Under the pieces are notes generated by a model, which was given only the letters and a program-made list of their open reading frames with translations, was not told where the DNA came from and made no database searches. DNA of 64,000 nucleotides. Source: Patescibacteria group bacterium (GTDB lineage Bacteria; Patescibacteriota; Minisyncoccia; UBA6257; 2-01-FULL-56-20). Position numbers and translations under genes: made by a program. Within the stretch, counting starts at the first letter, position 1, and each line of letters starts with the position of its first letter. The DNA is taken from contig JBBUGM010000006.1 of the NCBI GenBank assembly GCA_038077975.1, positions 4,905 through 68,904 of the forward strand, given 5' to 3'. Shown in pieces: positions 49,086-59,300 of the stretch.

Positions 49086-49790
49086 ATGGCTCGTACCAAC
49101 AAAGAACTTGCTGAAGAGCTCATCCGCGACGGATATTTGAAGTCGCCGCTTTTGATCAGGGCCTTTCGCGCGATCAACCGCAAAGATTTCGTTCCGAAAG
49201 AATTTTGGGACGAGGCATACGGAAATTATCCGCTCGATATCGGCGAGAGGCAGACGATCTCGCAGCCGTTAACGGTCGCTTTTATGCTCGAGCTTCTTTC
49301 GTCGCAGCCAGGAGAAAACATTTTGGATATTGGCACGGGTTCTGGATGGGTGGCCGCTATTTTGGCCTACGTGGTTAGCCAAAACAGCGGAGATCAAAAT
49401 GTCGGAAGAGTTATCTCAATCGAGCGCATCAAAAAACTTTCAGAAAGTGCAGAGAAAAATTTGAGAAAATATGGATTTATAAAAAAAGGAATTTTAAAAT
49501 TTATCGTCGGTGATGGCTCGCGTGGGTATGAAGCGGAAGCTCCATATGACAAAATTATTGTCGGAGCTGCCGTTCAGGTGGCGGAGATCCGCCGAAGCCC
49601 AGAAGGGCGAAGGAGGACCGCCGCGGCAGGGGAGCGAATTCCCATAGCATGGAAGAAGCAACTTAAGGTGGGAGGCAGAATAGTCGCGCCTGTCGGAAAT
49701 TCCGTGGTCGTCGTCGACAAAATTTCGGAAAAGAAGTTTCGCTCTCGCGAATATTTTGGGTTCAGTTTTGTTCCGCTTGTGAAAGGATAA
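49086..49790 (+). CDS. pcm: Protein-L-isoaspartate O-methyltransferase
   Basis: QTISQP, LDIGTGSGW, GDG..G....APYDKI, QLKVGGRIVAPVG, FVPL. Confidence 0.93.
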   Translation: MARTNKELAEELIRDGYLKSPLLIRAFRAINRKDFVPKEFWDEAYGNYPLDIGERQTISQPLTVAFMLELLSSQPGENILDIGTGSGWVAAILAYVVSQNSGDQNVGRVISIERIKKLSESAEKNLRKYGFIKKGILKFIVGDGSRGYEAEAPYDKIIVGAAVQVAEIRRSPEGRRRTAAAGERIPIAWKKQLKVGGRIVAPVGNSVVVVDKISEKKFRSREYFGFSFVPLVKG

Positions 49791-49816
49791 TCGGACAGCG
49801 GTAGCTAAAAATATTT

Positions 49817-49915
49817 GTCATTCTCGGACTTGATCCGAGAATCCAGACAATGCCCTTCGGGACACACGTCTTCGACTGCGGCCATGGACTAGATTCCCGC
49901 TTTCGCGGGAATGAC
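49817..49915. repeat. GTCAT...ATGAC double-hairpin repeat element
   Basis: GTCATTCTCGGA..TCCGAGAATCC ... GATTCCCGC..GCGGGAATGAC. Confidence 0.75.
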
Positions 49916-50106
49916 AAAAACGCATTATTCGCCAAGCTCACTTTTGGACACTTGCGCCTATGGCGCGATATTGGCGATATCAATCAATATCCATAAGTAT
50001 CAATAAATATCAGCAAGTACCGGTAGCTTCCGAACACTCTTGCATTATGGGGGGCACAGGCATACCCTAATCGTAGATATTCGACTCTTTAAGGAAGGGT
50101 GATTCG

Positions 50107-52824
50107 ATGAAACGAAACTCTGTTTTTGTGCTGTGTTTCATGCTTTTGGCCGTTTCTTTGGCCTTGGCCCAGGATACGCCCGGGCAAGGACCGCAGGGAC
50201 CGCAAGGACCCCAGCAAGGACCGCCGGGTGATTTGCCCAATAACCAAACCCCCGAGGTTCGTAAACAGACCGAAGCCGAAAAAATCCAAGAACTTCAAAA
50301 GAGAATCGCAAATAAAGAAAAAGAAGTTGGTGAAAAAGAACAAAAACATCAGGCCTTGATTAAGGAGTCGGTCGACAAATTCGGATTTACCGCCGAAGAA
50401 CTCGCCGTGCTCGAAGAACTTGTTGCGGAGAAAGAAAAAAACCGCAGGAAGGAACTCGAAAACCGAGTGCCCGAGGACAAGCGCAAACAAGCTTCGAAGA
50501 TCATAAAGTCCCTCAAGGATCTCACGAAAAAGAGAAGCGAACTTGCCCGCCTAAGAGAAGACCTTTCCGCGCTTCAAGCCCGTCAAGATTCGCCGGAGTC
50601 CGTGAAGAGTGGATCGCCGGAAACCAAGGGCGGTTCTTTCGACAAGAAAGCGGAAAAGAAGATCGCGGAAAAGATCAAAGATTTAGAAACGGAATTGGCC
50701 AGGACAAAGTCGGATTTCGAGCGCAAGAAGATCGAACGCGAACGTGAAATTCAAGAAGAGCAATCGGAAGAGAAACGCGCCGAACTTGAGGAAAAATTCG
50801 CGAACTTTATCGAAGACAATCGCGAAAAAGTCCAAAAACTCGAAACCAGGATCGAGGTACTGCAAGGGATGCCTGTTGAGGCCCTACGCAGGGAAGATGA
50901 TGAGTTCAAGAAAGTTGCGCCTTATTGCGGTTTGCGCGATCCCAGAGATTTTTGGGGAGACCCGCAAGATACGATCGAAGACCTGGACTTGCCCGACAAG
51001 TGTACTTACGTCGACAGAGTAAGCGTCACCGTGCCTGTCGGCCAGATCAGCGCGGCGACCGCTGCCGTTTGTACTGCGAGAGGGATGTTGTGGAGCAATC
51101 AGCTCACGATCAACAACCTTTCAGCGCTTTTTTTCCACTACTACCCCGTGAATTCTCCGCCCCTGCTCATCGGTTACACCCCGTATTTTCCACAACTCTC
51201 GATGTTGCAATTCGAGCTTTCCCCGATCTCTCGCGACCAGCTTATTGCGGAAATCTGCAAAATGGGAGGAGTTGCTTCCGCCGGAGATTTCGACTGGGTC
51301 GAGGTTCTGACCGCGTCTCCGAGCGAAGCTCATTCTCCCGAACAAATGCTTGCTCAGATCTTTATGGATCCGCAACGGCGTAGCGGCGGGCAGATGTCCG
51401 GTTTTCCCGCGCCCAAGAGCGAAATGCCCGACTTCGGCCTCTGCAACATCGTTTTCGATCCAACCCTGAGCGATCTGCTTCTCAAAGAAGGCGAAGCATT
51501 CGAGGCGATCGTGAACAGCTTCTCCAAGGAGCTTCAGCCGCTCGAAGCCGGTTTGCAGGAATTTGAGGATTTCGAGAAGGCCATTGAACAATTGCGCAAG
51601 AATTTCGGTTCGAATTCCGGACCGGAAATCCTTGCTTTGGCCGAGAAAGCCGAATCTTCAAAGTACCTGCTACCCTATGCCTCGGAACTCCGCAATATCG
51701 CAGGCAAAGCTGGCGCAGGCGACTTGAAGGGTGCGAAGAAAGATCTCGAAAAATTGAACAACAAGAAGATCAAGAAAGACCACAAAAACCTGCTTAAGGA
51801 ATATGTCAGGTACGCGCAACATATTGCGCGCGCGGCCGATCTTCGTAATCAGTTCGAATTTACCGCGATCCAAACTCAAGGAGCAATTAGCGACCTCATC
51901 AAGATCAAACCGAAGGAAGAGCGGGACCCTCTCTACGCGCTCGAAAAAAAGCGCATGGAGTCGGCCCGCGCCTTCCAGGATCGCTACGATGATCTCAAGA
52001 AAGCTCTTGCGAGAGAACTTAACGACGCAGACCACATGGAGCCGGTTATTGTCGATTTCGGCGATAAGCGAATGGTCCTTACGTCTTTTGAAGGCGTTCG
52101 CAGGAACCAGAGAACAATGAGCGCTCGCCTGAAGATGAAGTTTTCTTCTTCCTATCTGCCGATGAAGGCGGATGGGACGATCGATCTTGACGCGAAGCCG
52201 CTCGATGACGCCATCCCCGCGGTTTTCGAGATAGACGAACTCCTTGGTCTTGGCATCAAGGGTATCGTACCGCCTCATGGCCCGATCGTATGGCTCGAAG
52301 AGCTGAAGGAACAAGGGCATAAGCAAGTTACTGCCGATCTGCCGAAAGGAAAACCTGGCCGCAATTTCGTTTCCGTCGAAGAATTGATCCGTTTTGGCGG
52401 GAATGATCAGCGCCTAATGATCGATGGACAGGAAATCGCACTTACCGACCTTGCCGGGAAGGGTGTTTACTTGTTTTTGGTGCGTTCCAACGCAGAGCCC
52501 GATCCAACGTATCACCCCGACTATATCCCGAGCAGAGAGAATCAATATCTCTCGGTCGCGAAATTTGTCGCAGAGGACTCCGCGCAAAATAAAACTGTTA
52601 AAAAGCAGTTCACCATCGTGCGTCTCATTTTCGAGAGCAAGCGAACTCTAAGCACTCTCAATAACGAAGAGAATCCGCAGACGATCGAAGTTCCGTTCCG
52701 TCTTCGTCCCGGACTCTACCGCAACCGATTCATCGTTTATGATGTCTTCCAGAAGAAGGGCGTAAAGCTGCCACCGATCGATTTTCGCGTTTTGCTGCCG
52801 GAGGAAACTCCGACGCAACCCTAA
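50107..52824 (+). CDS. Large secreted coiled-coil protein (possibly divergent GWxTD-like)
   Basis: Signal peptide, GPQ repeats, long coiled coil, beta-rich C-terminus. Confidence 0.6.
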   Translation: MKRNSVFVLCFMLLAVSLALAQDTPGQGPQGPQGPQQGPPGDLPNNQTPEVRKQTEAEKIQELQKRIANKEKEVGEKEQKHQALIKESVDKFGFTAEELAVLEELVAEKEKNRRKELENRVPEDKRKQASKIIKSLKDLTKKRSELARLREDLSALQARQDSPESVKSGSPETKGGSFDKKAEKKIAEKIKDLETELARTKSDFERKKIEREREIQEEQSEEKRAELEEKFANFIEDNREKVQKLETRIEVLQGMPVEALRREDDEFKKVAPYCGLRDPRDFWGDPQDTIEDLDLPDKCTYVDRVSVTVPVGQISAATAAVCTARGMLWSNQLTINNLSALFFHYYPVNSPPLLIGYTPYFPQLSMLQFELSPISRDQLIAEICKMGGVASAGDFDWVEVLTASPSEAHSPEQMLAQIFMDPQRRSGGQMSGFPAPKSEMPDFGLCNIVFDPTLSDLLLKEGEAFEAIVNSFSKELQPLEAGLQEFEDFEKAIEQLRKNFGSNSGPEILALAEKAESSKYLLPYASELRNIAGKAGAGDLKGAKKDLEKLNNKKIKKDHKNLLKEYVRYAQHIARAADLRNQFEFTAIQTQGAISDLIKIKPKEERDPLYALEKKRMESARAFQDRYDDLKKALARELNDADHMEPVIVDFGDKRMVLTSFEGVRRNQRTMSARLKMKFSSSYLPMKADGTIDLDAKPLDDAIPAVFEIDELLGLGIKGIVPPHGPIVWLEELKEQGHKQVTADLPKGKPGRNFVSVEELIRFGGNDQRLMIDGQEIALTDLAGKGVYLFLVRSNAEPDPTYHPDYIPSRENQYLSVAKFVAEDSAQNKTVKKQFTIVRLIFESKRTLSTLNNEENPQTIEVPFRLRPGLYRNRFIVYDVFQKKGVKLPPIDFRVLLPEETPTQP

Positions 52825-52832
52825 AAATGAAT

Positions 52833-52865
52833 AACCGCGTTGCTTGAGCAACGCGGTTTTTTTGT
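52833..52865. terminator. Intrinsic terminator between convergent genes
   Basis: AACCGCGTTGCT-tg-AGCAACGCGGTT plus T-tract. Confidence 0.8.
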
Positions 52866-52874
52866 TTTGAAAAA

Positions 52875-53945
52875 TTATCTGCCAAGCTGTCGGGTGTACC
52901 AGATATCGTAGTCGAAAGGACGGAAAATACCTTTTTCATCGGTTTCGCCGACTTGTAGGATCACTTCCTTCCCTTTATTGCCTTTTTTGAGGTAGAAGCC
53001 GACCTCATACATTTTACCGAAGAGTTCTGCGATTTTATCGAACTTTTCTCCCGCCTCGTTCGGTTTTTCCGCGGTGAGGCGCCTCCCTCCGGTCATTGCC
53101 GTGAGGAATTCGAGGTCTTCCTGAGACAGGCGTAATTGTGGCTTGTCGCTGAAACGTCCGGCAAAATCAACGATGTAAATGCTGGTGTTTGATAGAGCGA
53201 AAGCAGTGACGAGGTCATCAACCCCGACCGTTCTGCAGGAAGCAGATGCCGCAGTGCAGGGTGTCCCGCTCGCGCTGTCAATGAGTTTGCGTTTCAGTTC
53301 GCGCGACTGGTCGAAGGTGTCAGTTACGACAATTACCATGTTGCGCCGGTTTTCGTTATCGCGGCCAAGCATTTCCTCTGAGGCATAGTAGAGCGTGTCG
53401 AGCAAGCTCGTATTGTTGTCGACGGCCTCGATCGAGGCAATGCCCGTTCTTACCGTTTCGATATCCTTCGTCCAGGGAACAACAACAGAACGTTTGTCGT
53501 TCATTGTCCAGACGGAGAATTCATCGTCCGTTCGGCTGATAGTACGAATGAAACGGCGTTGGGCCGGTTTCGAAAAACGGTTGAGATGCGCTCTCGCCGA
53601 TGCCGAATTGTCATCAATAAATAGCAAGTTGACCGGAGGCCGGTTGAATTCATTGGAGAAAGCGATCTCTTCAGGGTTGGCGCAGGGAGTTTTCGGTTGT
53701 TCTTCGAGTTTCATTTTCTTGCTGCGCTTGGTGGTTGTTTCTGTTGGGCAAGCCCGCCAGTTTTCTTGCTTGATGCCCGAGATGGCCATGCCTTTGCGTT
53801 CGACCGTGACCATGCGTACCACGAGTTCGACGTCTACGCGGATCGTTGTGCCTTCTTGAGAATGGTTTTGCGCCGTGGCCAATGCCGGCTGAAACAGCAG
53901 ACAGAGCATTACTCCGAAGTGCAGGATCTTTTTCATTGAAACCAC
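52875..53945 (-). CDS. Secreted VWA-domain protein
   Basis: Signal peptide, TIRVDVELV, MIDAS-like DNSAS, TSLLD, VVTD, TGGR. Confidence 0.78.
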   Translation of the reverse strand: MVSMKKILHFGVMLCLLFQPALATAQNHSQEGTTIRVDVELVVRMVTVERKGMAISGIKQENWRACPTETTTKRSKKMKLEEQPKTPCANPEEIAFSNEFNRPPVNLLFIDDNSASARAHLNRFSKPAQRRFIRTISRTDDEFSVWTMNDKRSVVVPWTKDIETVRTGIASIEAVDNNTSLLDTLYYASEEMLGRDNENRRNMVIVVTDTFDQSRELKRKLIDSASGTPCTAASASCRTVGVDDLVTAFALSNTSIYIVDFAGRFSDKPQLRLSQEDLEFLTAMTGGRRLTAEKPNEAGEKFDKIAELFGKMYEVGFYLKKGNKGKEVILQVGETDEKGIFRPFDYDIWYTRQLGR

Positions 53946-54009
53946 CTTCCATATTCAAAATTTGCTGGTTTTATAATACACTAAGCGTAAAGAAAGTACA
54001 AGGAGGATC

Positions 54010-54136
54010 GCCGCAAACTTTTTGAGAACCGGCGTCGCTTCGCTTCCGGCGAGCGAAGCGCATCTGCATCTCGCCCCGGCGGCTCTTCGAGACCAAGCCC
54101 GCCGGGCCTCCGATAGCTTCTCAAAAAGTTTGCGGC
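54010..54136. mobile_element. MITE-like element with 19-bp perfect terminal inverted repeats
   Basis: GCCGCAAACTTTTTGAGAA ... TTCTCAAAAAGTTTGCGGC. Confidence 0.6.
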
Positions 54137-54163
54137 TCGCTTTATGATTGGCGAGGCAGTAAC

Positions 54164-54250
54164 GCGGGATTAGTACAGTGGCAGTACGGTTGCTTCCTCC
54201 CGTTTCTGTTTGAGCGAAGCGAATTACAGAAACGCAACCCCGTTCAATTT
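54164..54250 (+). pseudogene. tRNA-Gly-like remnant interrupted by a hairpin in the anticodon loop
   Basis: GCGGGATTAGTACAGTGGCAGTACGGTTGCTTCC then hairpin then GCAACC; no 3' acceptor strand. Confidence 0.6.
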
Positions 54251-54258
54251 TGCGCGAT

Positions 54259-54332
54259 GCGAGGTTAGTACAGTGGTAGTACGCCTGCTTCCCAAGCAGG
54301 AGACGCGAGTTCGATTCTCGTACCTCGCTCCA
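54259..54332 (+). tRNA. tRNA-Gly(CCC)
   Basis: GCGAGGT/ACCTCGC acceptor, CCTGC-TTCCCAA-GCAGG anticodon arm, GTTCGA T-loop, encoded CCA. Confidence 0.96.
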
Positions 54333-54502
54333 AGCTAAGCAAAATTGCTACGGGGCCAATGTTGAAGTGACGCCAGTTCCCTGCCCGCCGAAGCCACTTC
54401 GGCGCAGGCGGGGATTCTGGTATCCCGCTCAAAAACTTGACGTTTATACAAAGCACCGAATATACTCAAGGTAGAAAATGTATATCAACACGGGGGCGTA
54501 GC

Positions 54503-54673
54503 GTGAAAACACGTTTCAAGGTGGGAGATTGGATTCGTGCTGTAGCTGGTCCAGAAAAAGGAAAAGCAACTACTATTACGAATGTTGTCACGAGTGGCGA
54601 AGAACCGGTTTACGTGGGTTATTACTGTGGACTTCCAATTTGGGTGCGCGAGAGTGAGGCAGAACCGTACTAA
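54503..54673 (+). CDS. Small KOW/SH3-like hypothetical protein
   Basis: FKVGD.I....GP.KG pattern; promoter upstream and hairpin downstream. Confidence 0.5.
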   Translation: MKTRFKVGDWIRAVAGPEKGKATTITNVVTSGEEPVYVGYYCGLPIWVRESEAEPY

Positions 54674-54835
54674 CCAGAAACAGGCAGTGTAGCAAGCGCG
54701 CACTGCCTTTTCTTTTATGTAAAATCAGACACGAAAAATCGTTTTCCATCCCAATCCAATAGGTTCTAACGTCGTTCGCTAAACCGCTCAAATAAAAAAC
54801 TGCTCGTAAAAGCAGTTTTCACTTTTATAAAGCCC

Positions 54836-55603
54836 CTATTTTTTTCTTTTGATCGCCGCAACTGCGAAAATTGCCGCGGCTACGACTACTACCGTTGGCC
54901 CGAGTTCGAGTTCGTATGCCGAAGAGAGCGCGAATCCGGCGACAACCGAGAGCGCCGCGAATATTGCCGAGTATGCGAGGAATTGCCCCAAGCTGTGCGT
55001 GACCTGCCTTGCGGCGGCCGCAGGGATGATGATGAGCGAGCCGGCAAGGAGAGCTCCCAAGAATTGCAGGCCGGAGAGTATCGTGAGCGCGAAGAGTAGC
55101 AAGAACCAAAGGTTTACCGAACTCGTTTTTATATTCATAGCTGCGGCTAGGTCTTCGGAGAAAAGCGCGATGATAAGTTTGTTTCGCAGTATCCAAAGCA
55201 TGACGATGACGAAGATACTTACAGCCATTCCGAAAATAAATTCATTTAAGGAAAGTTTTACGAAGCCGCCGAAAAGCGCGTCTATCAAATCTTCTTCGGA
55301 ATTGATCAATAGCGCTCCCAAGGCCACAGAAGAGGCGAAGATGACCCCGATCGCCGCATCGGATGAGAGCGTGGTCTTTTTTTCAAGCTGCCAAATAACG
55401 ATCGCGCCAAGGATCAATGTTGTCCCGCCCCCCAAGATCGGATTCAAACTCCAGAGCAAGGCCAATCCCAGTCCGGGTATCGCAAGGTGAGACATCACGT
55501 CGCCCGCGAGCACGGTTTTTTTCATCAAGGCGAAGGCGCCGACAAGTCCGGCGGCGCTTGCCGCGAACACAGAGAGGACGACAGAAAAATATTCGTTAAT
55601 CAT
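54836..55603 (-). CDS. znuB: Zn/Mn ABC transporter permease
   Basis: GDVMSH.A.PG, LFG, G.LL...L.IIPAAAAR. Confidence 0.88.
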   Translation of the reverse strand: MINEYFSVVLSVFAASAAGLVGAFALMKKTVLAGDVMSHLAIPGLGLALLWSLNPILGGGTTLILGAIVIWQLEKKTTLSSDAAIGVIFASSVALGALLINSEEDLIDALFGGFVKLSLNEFIFGMAVSIFVIVMLWILRNKLIIALFSEDLAAAMNIKTSSVNLWFLLLFALTILSGLQFLGALLAGSLIIIPAAAARQVTHSLGQFLAYSAIFAALSVVAGFALSSAYELELGPTVVVVAAAIFAVAAIKRKK

Positions 55604-56300
55604 TTTTATGGTAATAGTGATGATAGTATTTATGCGGCCCGTAAATTTTTTCCAAAGCTTCCGGTGTTAATGTTTCTTGGGGTTCGCCGAAGCAAATTTC
55701 CGATTTATTGAGGCACAGAACTTTCGTCGCATAGCGGTAGACGAAATGAAGGTCGTGAGAAACAACGACAGGTGTAATATTGTGTTCGTCCTGCAAGCGA
55801 TGGATGAGGTCATAGATCTTTTCTTCGCCGGGGATATCGATGCTCGCGGTCGGCTCGTCTAAGAGAAGTACGTTAGGTTCGCCCAATAAGGCAAATGCGA
55901 TAAGCGCGCGCTGGAATTCTCCGCCGGAGAGATGTCCGATGGGCGTGCGGAGCCGTTCTCTGTCGAGTCCAACATCTTTTACGACTTTCTCGATAACACC
56001 ATTTTTTATTTTTAAGACCCTGCTTTTCGCTTCAAGTAAATTGCGCAGATTAAGCGGTAAGTGTCTGTCGGCCTCGATTTTCTGCGGAACGTAACCAATT
56101 TTTATATTTTTCTGCCAGCGTACTGTGCCGGAGTAAGGCGTGACGTGAAGAAGCGCGCGCAAAAGCACTGTCTTCCCAGAGCCGTTGGGGCCGATGATCG
56201 CGAGCGATTCGCCGGCATCGAGTTTGAAACTCAAGTTATTGAGAGCGATAAAGTCGCCAAAGGCAACTTTTAAGTTTTCTACAGCCAAAATTTCAGACAT
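55596..56300 (-). CDS. znuC: Zn/Mn ABC transporter ATPase
   Basis: GPNGSGKT, GYVPQ, LSGGE.QR, LLLDEP, VSHD, His-rich tail. Confidence 0.9.
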   Translation of the reverse strand: MSEILAVENLKVAFGDFIALNNLSFKLDAGESLAIIGPNGSGKTVLLRALLHVTPYSGTVRWQKNIKIGYVPQKIEADRHLPLNLRNLLEAKSRVLKIKNGVIEKVVKDVGLDRERLRTPIGHLSGGEFQRALIAFALLGEPNVLLLDEPTASIDIPGEEKIYDLIHRLQDEHNITPVVVSHDLHFVYRYATKVLCLNKSEICFGEPQETLTPEALEKIYGPHKYYHHYYHKND

Positions 56301-56327
56301 TATGTTAATATTAACCTATCTAAGTAA

Positions 56328-59300
56328 ATGCGCAGAATTCTAGTTTTGTCGGTCATGTTTTTGGCGCTTGGTTTATCTTTTCTGCCTCGCGGCGCGGATG
56401 CGTTTTCCTTTTCTAATCTCCGCGCGGAAAATATTTATGGGCCTGGCGCGCAGATAAAGTGGACGACAGATGAGTCGGGAGATTCGAAAGTGTATTACGG
56501 GACATCGCCCGGCAACTACCCTAATCACGCAGCGGGGGATTGCCTTTCACCAAGCTCTCCGGTTTTTGAACACTGCGTTAATTTAACAAACCTCGCAGCG
56601 AGTACAAAATATTATTATGTTGTTAAAACCACTGTTGCCTCCGGCAGTTATCCAGAGTACACCTCCGAAGAGAAAAATTTTGATTCAGCAACATCCTCTT
56701 CGACTTCAACCAGTACCTCAACAGGTACATCTCCACCTGCGGCGCCTTCTGGGTTTATAGCGGCTCTTTCCGGAAATGACGTAAAGCTCGACTGGCAAGA
56801 CAATTCGAGCGACGAATCGGATTTCAAGATATTCCGAAGGCCGCAGGGTGGCATTTGGGCTTTTATTATATCTCTTAGCCAAAACGTAACTTCTTTTACG
56901 GAGTTTGGTTTTGCGGTTAATTTCTCGCCGGGAACTTATGAGTATCATGTTAACGCCTGCAATCCGGCCGGTTGCTCTCCCGACTCGAATATCGTCTCCG
57001 TTAGCATTGGGGGCGCACCTCCATCAACAACCACGACAGAGGCGACTTCGTCTCAACCCACTGCGCAGACGACCGTCGTCTCCGGCATCGCTCTCGACCC
57101 AATCGGTAAAGCGGTTGCGGGCGCGGGTGTCAGAATTTTTAAAGAGGACTTCAGCAGAAATTATGGGATCTTAAGCGGGGCGGATGGTTCTTGGAAAATC
57201 AGCGGCGTCGAAGCCGGCAATTATTGGCTTGAAGCCATGCCTCCGCCGGAGAGAACAGAACTTTCGCGCGCGGAACCATTTAGATTTAGCATTTCAGACA
57301 ACGAAACAAAGGTGTTCACCTTAAAATTCGTCGGCACAAGCAAGAATGTTTCGGGAGCCGCCTCTTTCTCCGACGGCACTCCCATCTCGGATGCCGAAGT
57401 CGGCGCCTATTCAAGTGAAACGAAGCAATGGAAGAGCGTTTTTGTTGACTCCGGTGGCAGATATAACTTGGCTTTGAGTGGCGGCATTTGGCAGTTGGGC
57501 ACCCGGCCGCGCGATCCCGCGAGCGCAAAGTGGTCGTGGAACGGGCCTTTTTCTGAAGTGGTTTTTGCGGATGACATAACTCCAGAGAGCCGCACGGTCA
57601 ACTTCGTCATACCGATTTCCGACTCCAAGGTCATCATCAGTGTGCGCGACGAGGCGGGTAAACCATTGGAAGGCGCGGGGATAATGCTCGATACTTTGAG
57701 CGCAGGCGATCAATCGTCCCTGCGTCCACCGCCGGATTACAAAAAAAGCGATGCCCAGGGCCTCGCGACTTTCCTTGCTAGAGCCGGGACATATTACCTC
57801 CGCGCATTCCTTCCTTCCGAATTAGGATACCTGAATCCGGAAGAGCAAAAGATATCTATTCTGTCTGGCGAAACAAAAGACATCGCATTCGTTTTCCGCC
57901 GGCCGACGCTTTTTGAAACAGTCAAGGTTTTCGGCACGACAAAAATTTCCGGCGTCGGACCTGTCGACGCATTCGTTTGGGCATGGTCGGAGAAAGGTGG
58001 AAACGTTAACTTGCGGGCAAGCGCCGGGGGAGAATTCATCGCCGTGCTTCAGCGGGGCGACAAATGGAGGATAGGAGCAGGCAAGGAAGAGAACGGCATT
58101 CCGTATAAATCCGGAGAGATAATTTTAGACACTTCCCAGCCGGTGGGTTTGGTTGAGCTCATACTCGAAAGGTACGGTTTGGAGGCATTGCCGCCGCCGG
58201 TTTCTACAAGTCAGTCGGCAACCAAAGAGATATTTGTGCAAACCGCCGATGGCGCCGAGGTGAGAATTCCGCCGTCCGCCGCGGGGACGAGCGGCACGGT
58301 CAGTGTTGAGATCACGCCAACGATCGAGGCGCCGTCCCAGCCGGCAGCGAAGGTTGTAAGCACCGTCTACGAAGTAACCATAAAAGACAGCGCCGGCACG
58401 AACATAGAAACATTGCAGGATGAAACGGAAATAGTTATTCCCTACGATCCGGAAGTATTGAAAGATCAGGGCATTACGGAAGACGCGGTTGTCCCTAGTT
58501 TCTTCGACGAGTCGACTGGTGTATGGGTGAAAGTAGAGAGTTATACAGTTGATAAAATTCGCAAAGTTTTCATTTTGCGCGTCACGCACCTGACGATATT
58601 TGCCCTTGTTGCCGCGGCGGACACAACGCCGCCTAACCCCCCGACGAACGTGACTGCATCGTATGGCACGGATGGATCAATCGTTATTTCGTGGATAAAC
58701 CCCACTGCCGATTTCAGCCATGTGAGAGTTTATCGCTCAACGGAAAGAGGATTCTTGGGCGACGTAATCGCGACGAACCTCAAAAAGAATACGCTTACAG
58801 ACATAAATGTTACAAAGGGGGTTGTTTATTACTATGTCGTGCGCGCGGTTGATCCGGCTGGTAACGAGACATCGAACAAGAACCAGGTCGTGATCGAGGC
58901 GACGCAAACTTTATCCGTGCCGCAAGGAGCAATCGCAAAGCTCGAAATATTGCGCAACCTTTCCGCGGGCTCGTCGGGCGAGGACGTTAAAGCGCTTCAG
59001 AGTTTGCTTCTCGCCGAAGGCGTCTATCCCCAAGGCCTAATCACCGGATTTTTCGGGGAACTTACTCGCCAGGCAGTTATCAGATTTCAGGAGAAATACG
59101 CGGACGAGGTTTTAGCTCCTGCGGGGCTCACTTCCGGCAATGGTTTTGTCGGGCCGCTCACGCGTAAAAAAGTGAATGCGCTTACCCTTGGTGCGGCCGC
59201 GCCGGCCGCGGAAGCCCCTCCCGCAGAGACGCCTCCACAAGCTCCTCTGGGACAGGCAACCAAAGCAGAAATTTTGCGCGACCTTACGGTCGGTTCGACG

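Noticed and set aside
50182-50230. Collagen-like domain
   Set aside because: Only about four GPQ triplets with a break; too short for a triple helix.
54164-54258. Functional intron-containing tRNA
   Set aside because: No complete T-arm or 3' acceptor strand follows the insert.
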